A DNA stretch of 64,000 nucleotides. Source: Trichosphaerium sp. ATCC 40318 (taxonomy: Eukaryota; Protista; Tubulinea). The notes beneath the pieces were generated by a model. That model was not told the origin of the DNA. It did not search any database and saw nothing but the letters and a program-made list of their open reading frames with translations. Position numbers and translations under genes: made by a program. The stretch covers positions 372,001 to 436,000 of the forward strand of contig JALMLS010000376.1 in assembly GCA_038496445.1 (NCBI GenBank), read 5' to 3'. Positions 1 through 12,602 of the stretch are shown here, in pieces; position 1 is the first letter of the stretch, and each line of letters starts with the position of its first letter.

Positions 1-3000
1 AACAGTAAAACAAAAGCGAAATAAAGAGTTGATTACTTACCAATATTAAACTGAACCTTTTGTTTAGGGTTCATACCACGCCAATATAGGATAACATGGC
101 GTCCTTTCATCTCCCATAGATCAAAGACTTCTTGTTTAACAAGCTCTTTAAGCTTTTCAGTGCGTACTTCTAGACCACCAGGTACGCCAATGACAGCCAT
201 AGTCATAGGTAAATCACAATCAGTGACGTTTTCTACCGTAGTTCTAAGCTCAGCGCCTTCGCCTTCTGTTATCGTATCGGCGCTCAAGTTGCACGTAATA
301 CGTGTCGCGCACTCCTCGACTTCGTCTGGGCGAATGGTGTGATAGGAGACGTCGCACTAGTACAAGATAAGTCAAATGTTGACGTGAAATATCAAAAGGT
401 GAAAGAAATGCGTACAGAGTAAGGGATAGCGTTGGCGTATCCTGAAACCTCCATCTTTATAGTGTGTTCACCTGGAGTTAACACATCGTGGAACGAAGGT
501 AAGGTGTAGCTTTCTCCACCTGCTGATTTGAATGATTGTTGAGAATGACGCTTGCCATCGACGAACTGTAAAGATATTAGCGATGGAGCTTAAAGTATAC
601 AATCAAAAGGTACGTACCAATGTGACAGTTGGGCCGCTGCCAGATTTAACTACAGGGGCGCTACTGGCTTCGAATTGAGTCATGATAGCTTTCAAAACAA
701 GTGTTGTAGCTTGAGAAGTTCCGTATGCGCCAAAGCGACATTTCTTTTGACAGTATTCCAAACCAGCACTAATGTTGGTTGCATACTTAACTGGATCAAT
801 TCTAAATTAAAAACAGTAAGCCACAAGAAAGTCACCAACTGTAAAAGTATTCATACCTTAACCATGCTAGTACACTAAGCGCAGTGGCTTCAACATGTTT
901 GCTAGCAGCACCAGATCTTGTAATGGTAACTTCGCAGTCCCTTACTTGACCATTATCTCTTTGACCAGGTTCTAAAGGGTATAAGTAAGCAACACAATAG
1001 TATTATTTGTTTTGAGGACGTACTCTTCCACTGTTTGACAACAAGCTTTTCTGCAACAACTCTAGCATCGTCAATCTTTCCAACATTGGCAAGAGTCAAA
1101 GCAACAAGTGCGTAGATATAACTACACTTATCAAACTTGACACTCTTGACAATATCATTGATTTCCTTTTGGATCGTAGATCCAGGCAAGCCCCATTCAG
1201 TAAGCGCCCAACAAATGTACGCTAAAAATAGAATATAAGCACACGTGATAATAACAAATCAAGGAAACCAAATAAAAATAACCTACCATTGGCTACATTA
1301 GGTGGAGGATAAGAGAAAGCGTATTTTCCTCTAGACAAATTAAATCGACCTGTGCCGTTACGTCTACCAAGAAGCCATTTCATATTATCATCAACCATTG
1401 ATTTGGAAACAGGAGAAACATCTGCTATCTCTTTGAACATCAAGAGACCAAAAGCCGTCAAGACTTCATGTCCAGGGTTACCACCATACCATTCAAATCC
1501 ACCACTTCTGGATTGATAAGCTGTAAGCTTCTTGTAACCACTCTTTATTTTTTGTTGAGCAGAGCTGATTATGCTTGGAGAACCAGTGCCTGACTTGGCG
1601 TAATACTTAAGAGCTTGAACCATCGGGTACACTGTGGCACCAACTTGCTCAAAGCAACCATATGGCTCTTTTATTAGTCCAGTAAGAGAGCTTGTAAACT
1701 GTCTTCCTGGAGAAATATAAAAAGTGGTCTAAAGAGTATGTTAGGGTACCAAATAGAGAATGTTTATAAGTGCGTACGTTGGTTGAAATAGTGTTTGGTA
1801 CAACTGTTTTTGGAATGCTCACAGTAAACTCTTCAGCCAAGCTTTTCGAAAGGTTTCCAGATGCACCATAAGTTTTTGGGAATCCCTACAAAAACAATTA
1901 ACAAACAAAGAACCAAAGAAACCAAAACGTACGAGTGGAGCAATGCGAACTTTGCGCACAATACTATCTTGGTAACCACCTTCAGCCTTTGCGATGACCT
2001 TAACTTCAGTATTGAGAGGTACATCTTGGACCTTGATTGGTACTATTCTTCTGACACGTGTATCAGCTGGTAAATTAACACCAACATGTTTATTAGTATC
2101 AGAATCAAGTTCAAATCCAGCACCAGCCCATACTTCAATAGAGCCACCACTAATAGGCTCCTCAGTCGCGTTGGTAAGCGTTACTGGTAGAAGAATAGTA
2201 TCGCCAGCGGATACTTCCATAGGAACCTTTGGATCAGCAGAGAATGCTTCAACACACTTGATAAGTTTGTTGGCGGAACCTGTTTAAACAAAACGTGTAA
2301 GAAGATGCACAAAAAACAATAAACAGAAAGATAATCATCGTACCAATAGCACCACCTCTACCACGTCTATCAATGGCATCAGCCATAACCTTAAATCCAG
2401 TGATACTCTCAGAGAGGTTGAAAACAACAGTGGCACGACCATTTGAATCTGTAACTAATCCTGCAGCCCAAAATACAGTCTCAGTAAAATCAGTTCTATC
2501 TTCAGTTGGCAACTTCTTTAGAGCTTTGTGAGCAAATATTCTTACAACATCTGAAACAAGGTTTCTTGATTAGTATACTATCGATCGTACTAAACTTACT
2601 GTTTTGGGGAGCTGTAGGAATAGTGATACCATCCCGTAGCGATAACACCAGTCGCTCATTTTGTTCTTCAGGAATATAACAATCATCACCATATGCTTCA
2701 TCCATGCAGAAGTCCTCGCAGTCATCTTCTTCCAACATTGCAAATTGGGGTGGGGCGGGAGCAAATGAGGGTGGGGCGGCAGCAAGAGGGGCTGGTGGGG
2801 TAGCAGACACTCTCTTCTTCTTGCTGATTTGCCTTCTTCTTCGGGGTTTTGCTACTTTTTTCAGAGAACGCAAACTCTCTCTTTCTATAGCCTTTCCTCC
2901 CTTAGCCATTGAGCGCATTTTTTTCTTAGGTGCTTTCTTGTTCTTTTTACGAGCAAATATGCGACTACAAAACCCTTTAACGATGCAATACAAGAAAGTT

Positions 3001-5602
3001 AAGTAGACGTACGGCTCTGATTTTTCCTCTATCTCTAGTGTCCTAGATTGCAGAGCACTCTTACGGCTGCGACCAAATTTACGAGTTTTGACTCTTGAAA
3101 CTTCACTCCTAATTTGATATGTCTCTTCTTCTGACTCGTCACTATAGTCAAGCGAGCTAGATGAATAGGAACGCAAAAGATTATTTGACACTGGCTTTAA
3201 AGTATTGGTATTCTACATCAACATAAGTCATAATAGCAACAATGAGGAAACTTTCAAACCGTACCCAAGCTGCTTGATCCAAGAACGATGACTTTACAGC
3301 CAATACACGCTCTGCTTTACCTTCATGAGTATTGAGGAAATCACGTACATCAGCTTCCTTTTTAAAGTACACAAACTGACGCCATCCTTGTGTTCCAAGA
3401 AGTAAGTCAGTGGCTAAATCTCCCTTTTCGTCACCATTGAGGTAGACATGAGAGTCAAAAAGTTCTTTGACTTCACATTCGAGGAAGGCCATCTCGTTAA
3501 GTCTTGGGGCTTGCTTACGCTTCTAAAAGGCAGAAAAAGTAAGTATATACAATAGTTATTTTGTTAGCACGTACATCAACCATTTCAAGTACAGCATCAT
3601 CAGTAATTGTAACACCAACAACTGCGTCTGAAACAGGTGCTCCACGTTCATCTGTAGCTTGAAGACGCAAGACAACTTGGTCAGAAGGTGTGTACGACGT
3701 CCTGTCTTGAACAATCTTAATATCTACTGTATGGCTTGGTTTTCTGAAGATAAGACGTTCAGCTACTGGTATACCCTTGTCGTTCAATAAAGTGGCACGA
3801 AGCACACCTACAAAAAATCATCTTAGAGAGACATCTATCAAGCTAGCGTTCAAAAAACTTACCTTCTCCAGAGTATTCGGGTGGAGTGAGTGTAAGTACA
3901 GAAGTTTCTCCAGAAACAATGTTAACCCATGTGGAAGCTACTTGAAGTTCACGTTTGCTGAGTGTTACTCTGTAGCGACCAGATTCTAAAAGCATTCAAC
4001 ATACAAGCCAAAAAAAAAAGAACTTAAGTTCATGACTTACCAGAAGCAGCGACAGTGAGGTCTACACCTTCTCCAGCTTTGAATGAGTTGGTAGAACCTA
4101 CTCCGATAACTCCACCAGTTTCTTTAACACTAGAAGATATTTAACCAACAATCATTTCATTTCTTTACGTACTCGCAGCTCTCTGGGAAAGGAATCAACT
4201 GAGCAATACCAGTAGGCTCAACAACGCGCAGAAAATATTTAGTGTCCTTTGTAGGGGTGAAAGAAGCTTTACCACGACCTTCATGGGCAGAAGCAATATC
4301 ACAAACTAAGCTAAAAGTGCCTTAAAGAAAACAGTTAGCTTTTTTTTTTTCAAAACATCAACTTTTAGTACATACCTGAGGGGACATTGTTTGTGCTAGG
4401 CATTGTTGATGGCGCATCCTTAGATGAACAGCTGAGAATCTCTCCTTTTAAGTCGGCTGGATTTCCATTTGGAAGAGCAGCTTCAATATAAACAGCTGAT
4501 TCTAGACCAGCTACAAAGTGACCTGATTCAGGATAAAAGTCAACGTCCATTTTCTGTAGCAAGATTGGAATTGTCTTGCTCGTTGATTCAACAACACCTC
4601 CATCCGTAACACGAAGTGTGAGGGTGCCGTCCCCAATGTTGATATTTTTAGGGAGTTTAAACGCAACAGTGCATTTTCCATCTTCGTCTAGTTTGTAGTC
4701 TCCTCTATAGCACTCATCTCCATCAATACGGGCGATAGCAGTAACTGGTGCTCCTGCAGGTGCACCTCCTTCTGCTCTGTTGACTTCTAGAGTACACGAA
4801 GCGTTATCGCTTGGACCAAGTCCTTTTTTGATGAATTCTGCTTGTAGTTTCTGTGGCGGTTCATTAGAAACAATAAACGAGCTTGTAGGATGTTAAGAAA
4901 CAAAAAACGTACCAGCTTTGGCGGCTGGAACTCTCTGACCTCAATGAGACGCTCTGCAGGTGCGAATTGGCTATTCAACGTGAGTATACGCTTAGAAATA
5001 GTTAAAGAATTTGTACGTTGCTTCATAACCTATTTTTATCTTGTATTCGCCACTGTTAGCACCGGTAGGAACTTGCCAGGTCATGCCAAATACGCCATCT
5101 TTTGTTTTGCTTGTACACTTGTAAGCAACATCCCCTTTTGGCGTGAGGATTTGAAGCTCTACTACGTTAACGATTTGTTTAGCGCGTAGTGGTGCTTGAG
5201 TATGAGAGTTTAAAGGCACAGCGCGAATATAAACTAAAACCCGTTAAAAGGTTGACAAAGACATTATTAAATGCTCAAAGCTATGTACTTGTCTCTCCTG
5301 GTTTGTATAGTGGTTTATCGGTGGAAATATGAGTTGTATAACGCTCCGTAGGTAAGGCTGGCGTCTGAGATGTCTCACGTATCCAATCGTACTCATTGTC
5401 TGTAAAACTAATGCATATTAAGAAGGAGCCTATTCTTAGTTTAAATATAACTATCATACTTTGGTAATTGTTTATCTAGTTTGCTTAAGATAGAGTTCAT
5501 ATCTTTCTCGGGCGCTTTTGCTGTTGTTGCGCTTGGAGCAGCGCTTGGAGCAGCGCCTTTACCGCCTCCAAACATATTTAGTAGTGCCTTTACTGCGGCC
5601 AT
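1..5602 (-). CDS. Alpha-2-macroglobulin-like thioester protein (bacterial COG2373/MG2-type), multi-exon, 3' end runs off window
   Basis: ATG at 5602 (MAAVKALLNMFGGGKGAAPS...). MG2 motif HISTDKPLYKPGET (~5290-5333), VDFYPESGHFVAG, DLLLGTQGWRQF, RTDFTETVFW...FNLSESITGFKV, thioester motif EPYGCFEQ (~1645-1668), YQSRSGGFEWYG, and A2M receptor-domain-like GVPGGLEVR...VILYWRGM near the left edge; short GT-AG introns join the fragments. Confidence 0.9.
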
Positions 5603-6051
5603 TGTTGCTTTTGTTTGATTTGAACACTTCGTGGTTTTCGGTTCAAGACGCTGACTTAAGTCAGCTAGACTTGTTCTAATGCTCGGTTTTCGTTCGCAAC
5701 TGTTATATTATGTTGGTGGGGAGTAAGAAGACGTGGTTTTGCTGTGTATAGAATTTTGTGGAATCGTTTCAGTTAATCATTGGTTCGTACTTCGGTTCTT
5801 TCGCGTAGCCATTGTTTTTGGTACGTTATTATTGTTTTAAAAGTGATTCGCCAAAACGCGCTACAAAAAACGACAACCGTCTGCGTAGATCCAAGCGTTT
5901 TTACAGTGTTCTTGAGGTAATTCAATTGTCTTTCGTTTGTTTGGTGCTACTAAATCGCTAGTTTTGCTAAACAAGGCTGGTTTCTGTTTAAAGAGCGCAA
6001 GGCCAACAATATAACCCAAATAAAGGAAAATGTACAATTTTATTTTACAAT

Positions 6052-9000
6052 TCACTTGGTAATACCAAACTTGGCAACATCACCAACAAACAGGTGATTT
6101 CTCTTCTTTACGCTAGATATATCCTTACGAGTGCCACTAAGGAAAGCATGTCTTGGAGCAACCTTCATATTGAGCAATATATTAGCAGCAACGTCCGACA
6201 TCTTAACTTTTTTCTTTCCGCCGCTCTACAAAATATGGTAAGTACAAGAAAAATTATTCAATTGAAAAAAAAAGCGCGTACTTGTTTTTGTAGTTTTTTG
6301 AGCTCGATATCAAGATCGTCTGATTGGTATAGGAAGTTATCATACTCTTCTTGTTGTTCATCAGTTTGAGCAGCGCGATCAAGCATGTTTTGCATAGAGT
6401 ATAGCCTGTAACAATCTGGTTTAGAAGCAAGAACCAAAAAAAAAAATTCAGTTTCAGAAACACCAACCTGTATCTGGCTTCGACGTATTGTTTATCATCC
6501 AAAGCAATACTTGCAGCTTGTTGAATAGCAAGAGTAGATACAACACTAACATCAACTTTATCTTCAGCATCCTCTCTATCAGTTGTAGTCTTACGAACAG
6601 ATGACATTGTACGAAGACATTTCATTCCATCAGGTTTTGAGTATTCAATAATGATTTGAAATGGTACTTTTCTCGGTGGCGATTTTTTAGACTCCTATTC
6701 ATAAAGGTCAGTACCTTAAACGAAAGATAAAGTCGTACATCTGATAAAACACTCAACCCATTTTCAGTTACGCCATATTCAAGAGCAATATCATACTCGC
6801 TTGTAACGTTTCCTACTTCTACGATATGTTGTGATTTACCAGTCAAACTATTGCCCTTTCTCCATGCCATGGAAGAATGTGCCAAGAAAGTTACTTTAAC
6901 CTCTGTAGCAACAACAGGGTTGTCAATAATCTCACGCATTTTACGTTGGACTTCCAAAGCGTTTACCATGTTAACCTCGCCTATCACGTGATTAGAATAG
7001 ATGTAACTTTAGATGATTCTGTTTGATTCTGGTGGTACGTACCTGATGTTATATTTGCTGGGACACTTAATATAGATACCCCACAGTCTTGACCTTCGAT
7101 ACCAATAACGCTAATCGTTGTGCCATTTTTCTTTGCATAGTTTCCTACTGTCCTGAAGAATTTCTTGCTCTCTGCAGATGGTTTCTCAGGGTTTGTTATA
7201 GTGCCAAGACCAATGTTTGCAAGTCCGTCTGTGCAAACAATTACTTCAGAATGAGCTTTCTATCTTGCGGTTAGTTAGTATTCTTTTTTCTAAAAAGGCT
7301 GTTGTCGTACTTGAGAAGCTATAGCTGATGCTATTACTAGAGCAGGTCCGAGGGCGGTTTGACCGCCTTCTTCAAGTTCGAATAGTTGCTCAATCAATTT
7401 CTCATGTGACTCTGTTAAAGGTACCAAAGCATCAACATCAAAACTAATAAAGAAGTGAGTAGATAAGCACAGATGATTAAAGTTCGTACGATGTGCCACA
7501 ATCCACAAGCGCTTCGAAATCATTTAATTTATCTCCTGTGACTACTTGTTGTTTTGCTTTTGGGAGTGTGCCGTCACCAATAATGTGAACGTCGCTACAA
7601 GCTTATGTTAAGAAACAGACGTTGTTAAGCGAAGAAAGGCAAAAAAACGAACCTATCAAAAGTGACAACTACTATTTGTTTATCTGGTCTGCTTTTTAGT
7701 GTTTCTTCAAGTTGAACCAATATAGCCGCTTGCATACATTCCATACGTGAAGCAAACTTTAAACAGTGTTAACCGCTTTAATGAAGGGAGATTATTGACT
7801 TACTTTAACATCACGTTTTTGTCCAGGTAGATATTGATCAGCTCTTTCAGTGTTGAACTCTGAAGCGATTTTATCATCTTTTTTCTTTTTCCCCTTTAGC
7901 GAGAACATGTCGAAACCCTTTGGTATCTCCTGTGTTACACACATACTACCGGAGGTATCAAGGACAAATACAATAAGACCTGTTTAAAAATTAGTGACAT
8001 TAAAAGTTAGGTCTTATTGTTACCTTGTTGTTTGTCTTTTTCGCTTACTGTTGGAGGAGCAAGTACGTAATCAACAAAAGGTTGTTTTGGGATCTCTTCA
8101 GGGTCAAGATCGATAACGTTCTAGCATATGTAAACAACTGCAAAATCAAGTGGATAGTATACCTTATGGTTACAGAACTCACAACGCCAACTGGTGCCAT
8201 CATTCTTGATTTTACTCAAAGAAGACTGTAAAAACAATGTTAGTAAGAAAGGATTGAGAACAAACTGCTGCCCGTACCAGGATAGCTGGACAACTCTCAC
8301 ATTGAAAAGGATCTCCAGTTGCAATTTCTGTATCTTTACATAACTCTCCTAAGTTTAGAACCAAAGAGTTTGTTGTACTAACACGTTTCTTTGGCCCTGT
8401 ATTCTCTTTCTCCTTTTTTTCTTTTTTTTGTTCAGTATTTGTTGATACGCTGGCTTTCTTTTGAGGTAGTTTTTTGGTGCCAGTGTAGTTCTTTGCGCCT
8501 ATAATATATGATTAGACAATGTCAGGGTATTATTTATCATTTTTAAGTTACTTACACTTGATTATTTTAATACGATCAGCTGCTTTGTTTATGTTAATAC
8601 TCTTTAAAAGACTGTGATCAAAATCATCAAAATCTTTTGGTCCCAATTCGTTCTCGTTGAATATTTTGGCGTAGCGCCTATAATTGTTTAATTAACGCTA
8701 TGAAAATGTGGTACATTATCAAAAAAAAAAACAATTGGTACCTGCTGTCTGACATTTTAAAATCAAGAGCTGTCAAGAAAGTTTGCCAGTCAAACTCTTC
8801 TTCAGATTCTTGTGGGTTGCTTCCAAACCAACTAGAAACACGTCCAAAGAATCCACCGCTTGTATTCTTTGTTTTTTTCTTTTTAGGTGCTTCTTGGCTC
8901 TTATCTGTAAGACCAGGAACGTATACTTGCTTTCGGTATCTAAACACTTCACTTAACAAAAAAAACATCTGTCAAAAAGCATTTGTTCTACGTACGAGTC

Positions 9001-9972
9001 TTCAATTGTTGGATCGTACTCATCAACAAAGTGATTTTGTACTGCAGGGAAGATAAGAATGTCAAGTGCAAGTATTAGGTCACAAGTAACGTACTGAATT
9101 GTATGGTTATAGCAGATTTACCAACGCCACCATCGCCTATCTCTTTTTAATACAATCCCAACACGAGCCTTCTACTTACCAACAAGAACTATTTTGTAAA
9201 CAATACCATCTCCTCTTCCTACTTCACGCACTACAGTAAAGAAGCTCTCCTCGATATTGATCCGCGTTTTAGCACTTTACCGCAAGTCAGTCTCGCTGTC
9301 AATGAAGAAAGTTGAAAAACTTGCTAGGTACCTTGTTTCTATAAATTTGATACCCCACTCTGATGCAAGGTCTTCGCCTTCAGAATAATCAACTTGTCTT
9401 TGGTCTTCTAAGTCATTCTTATTACCCACCAGAACCTAAAAGTAGGAACGAACATCAGAATAAGGCAAAAACAACTTTCTTTCAACTAACCATTGGAAAC
9501 TCTTCAACGTCCTTTACGCGTAGGATATTTTGAATGTGCTGAGCTGCATAGTCGAAGCTACTGCGCGATGTAATCGAGTATACAATTAAAAAGCCTTGAC
9601 CACTACGTATGTACTGATCGCGCATTGCACTGTATTCTTCTTGTCCTAAAAGCACGTAAGAAACGCTTTTTGTAACCAGTAAAAATGGGAAAGGCAACAA
9701 GAAAGCCAACAAAGTGGCCAGCGCGGTTATATGCGCGTAGGGGAATAACATACCAGCAGTGTCAAGAATATCTAGTAAACAAGTACCGCCGTCTTCGTAA
9801 CGGCTTTTCATGTTATCTGACTGCTCCGCAGCCTTCATAATACCCGTAGCCATTTTTTCTAGGGCGTTTAAGCATTCTTTAATGATTTAATAACAAACGT
9901 ACTCTCTAGGTCTGGAAGCCCTTCCAGAACTTCACAATCTCCATAGTATACGTATTCACTCCCGAAATCCAT
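6052..9972 (-). CDS. cpras1: Circularly permuted Ras + Sec23/24-type Zn finger + VWA domain protein (cpRAS1 type)
   Basis: ATG 9972 ([10 protein letters not shown]). Spliced motif order: G3 LDILDTAG|[11 protein letters not shown] (~9770-9610), G4 VLVGNKNDL (~9435-9410), G5 ETS|AKT (~9270), G1 KIVLVG|[13 protein letters not shown] (~9200-9096), G2 [12 protein letters not shown]|YRKQV (~9040-8925). Then CESC...CEFC Zn finger, VWA MIDAS LDTSGSM (~7945-7965), [20 protein letters not shown]; TGA at 6052. Confidence 0.9.
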
Positions 9973-10734
9973 GGTGTCTTCGTTGTCTCGTTTGTGTAAA
10001 AGTGGTGTACCATCTAAAATAGAATTCAATGAAAATTACTTTTAGAATACTGCCGCAGACATAGACGGCTACCTTGTAGTCCATCCAACACAGCCCCAAA
10101 AACGTGATAACATTGTGGTTTGGTTGTTTCTTTTATGTCTTATATAGCGTAGTGAGGATATCCCGAACTCTTTTGTTGGTATCCCACTATGGATAAGTCA
10201 CAATTTTTTTGTATCATAGCACTGTTGTGTTCCGACAAGATGTTGTACTTTTATCCCGCAAAAATTCGAAGGCTGCAAACATGAATTTTGGTTGTTTTAA
10301 TTTCGCCGATTCAACGTGCATTTACGCCTAAAACATGCTTTCATAAGCAAGAGGATGTAATGTGTTATGTCTAGGTGCTATGTACTTACAGGAAATAGCG
10401 TTCATATTGCTCTTGCAGCTGTTTAAATTAGAACAAGTGCAGAATTTTCAATTCCAGAAACTTCCAGAAACCTGTGCATGTCCTTGCTAGCCGAACTCCT
10501 TCTGTAGTTGCTCTGAATAGGATCGGTGTTTAAGATAGAGGCTAAATTGCGGAAAAGCTCTACTCCAGACGATCTTCACCGTTTTGATTAGTTCATTTTT
10601 CCGCTATTCAACTCAAAGGGAAGCCTCCATCTTGTAGATTTTGGTATTAGCTTGGTCCTCCCTTGAAAGTAACTTAATATTATTTCAAATCCATTGTAGA
10701 AAGGCGCACGTAAAAAGTAGAAATTAATACAATT

Positions 10735-12602
10735 ATGTGGAGGTTGCTTGTGCTAGGTATATAATCAAAATGGATCGATGGGTTTTAATAAGGGTATAAT
10801 AGGTGCTTTAGCCATTTCCTTAACTTGGAGTTACAGTCAAGAGTTCTGGAGCGACTTGGATGACTTTCAAGTCGTAAATAAGAGTACAAAAATGCCGATA
10901 TATTGAAGCTAATCTTTTTTAAGTCTCGTTTGAACCAATAGACTCTAAAAAACGCTCTTCAGCTGATGAGATGATACTAAAGCTGTATGCGGCCGAAAAT
11001 CAAGTACTTTCGTTCACGTGCGTCAAATACTCTCTATACGGACCCGAAGGCAAAGTACGTAAGCTGTCAGGATTAAAACTCGAATTACAAAACATCATTT
11101 CCAAAAGTCATTTCCAACACGTGGTATGTTATTTTACTTCACTTACGCCCATATTAGATCATTATTCATGATGGCGATAATGTTACTTCTATAGACGCTC
11201 CCGATAATACTTATGAGGCAATTGATTCTGAATATAAACACATGCGCGTAATAGACCACTACGATGGAACTTTCTCTGGTTTCTTTATCACAAATGACAG
11301 CGATTGGGTTCACTTTGATTCAGTAGAAAGGTACAAAAATAAATACAGTGAAACTGTCCACTATGTGACATGAACTTTTTACAGGCATTTTGAGTTTATG
11401 GAGCCACATCATAAAGCCAAGGTTGGAAATGGTACACATTTACTATTGAGGTAAGAACAACTTGGGTTTTTTGTTATCGCGCTAACGTGCCCAAAGAGAA
11501 TCTGATTTGGGATATAAGAACAAACGCACGTTTGCAGAAGGTGACTCACTACCGTTTGATCCTCCTCCATCACCGTGCCCTTCTGAAGTTCATGAAATCA
11601 CTACAGTACATTGTCGATTAAAAACTAGATATTCTAACAAACATGTTTAGACTGTTCTTGCTAATTTTGGATATTACATTGCTAATGGTAAAAATGTAAA
11701 CCGAACAGCAAACTTTATTAGTACCTGTACGTCATCCATAACAAAGTTATTTAGACATATTCTAATTTTTTTACAAGCGTTTCTTGGGGCTAACATAGCT
11801 CTTGAGTCTGATCTTGTAAGTCCTCCTCGCCAACACAAACCTAACAGAGAAATTAGAATTTACGATATACTATCCATACGGCAGTTATTTACACAACTCC
11901 TGGTGAGACACGCCACGCTTTCGTTTTTTTTTACATTTTCTTTGAAGGTAAAGAAATCTGGAATATTGTCGGCGATTCTCCAGATTGTACTGACCTCGAA
12001 CTAAAATTTTGGGATGCATGGAGAGTAGACAAACTTCCACCTGAGAGACAAACGAACTTTGGATACCTCCTTCACACGTGCTTTTTAAGCAGTATAGCTT
12101 ATTGGAAGAGTAATCTATGTACTGAAGTAAGCCATTGAGATGTTCTATTTATTTGTAATCTAATCCTATTTTAAAGTATGGTCAAAGAGGCGTTATGGAA
12201 TACTTTAATCCTATTTTTTCTCGTCGTATTCTCAACTTCTTTGCAGCCCAAGGACTTGGTGCTCCACATGACCCTATAGGACTTGGCACTCGGGAAGTTT
12301 CAAGCAATGCGTACGAGATTAAAACTTGATATTTGATAGAAAGAATTAAACTAACAGATATCTTCCAAAGAGATCCAAGATTTGATAGATACTCTCGAGG
12401 CACTCAAACAACTTTATGCCCCTTAATAGAATCGACTATAACTTCTCAGTGTATCAAACCATACGTACCAATTTAAGACAATTGTTATTTAGACAGCGAA
12501 TAGACAGAACAATAAAGTGTTTAGTAATTTCTTTATCTTTGTTTTTTTGCCAATCCTATTTTAAAGTACACTACAACATACCAGAAACACTACACTGTGT
12601 AG
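10735..12602 (+). CDS. Secreted reprolysin/ADAM (M12B)-like protein with degenerate zinc-binding site (probable pseudo-protease)
   Basis: Signal peptide MWRLLVL|GALAISLTWSYSQ; prodomain-like exon IIIHDGDNVTSIDAPDNTYEA...DGTFSGFFIT; TVLANFGYYIANG; GYLLHTCF...IAYWKSNLC; active-site region reads ILNFFAAQGLGAPHD (12228-12272), aligning to AHExGHxLGAPHD. 3' end uncertain. Confidence 0.6.

Noticed and set aside
10014-10113. Upstream ATG (10113) and exon spliceable onto the cpRAS gene
   Set aside because: Joins out of frame with MDFGSEY; at most a 5'UTR intron or uORF.
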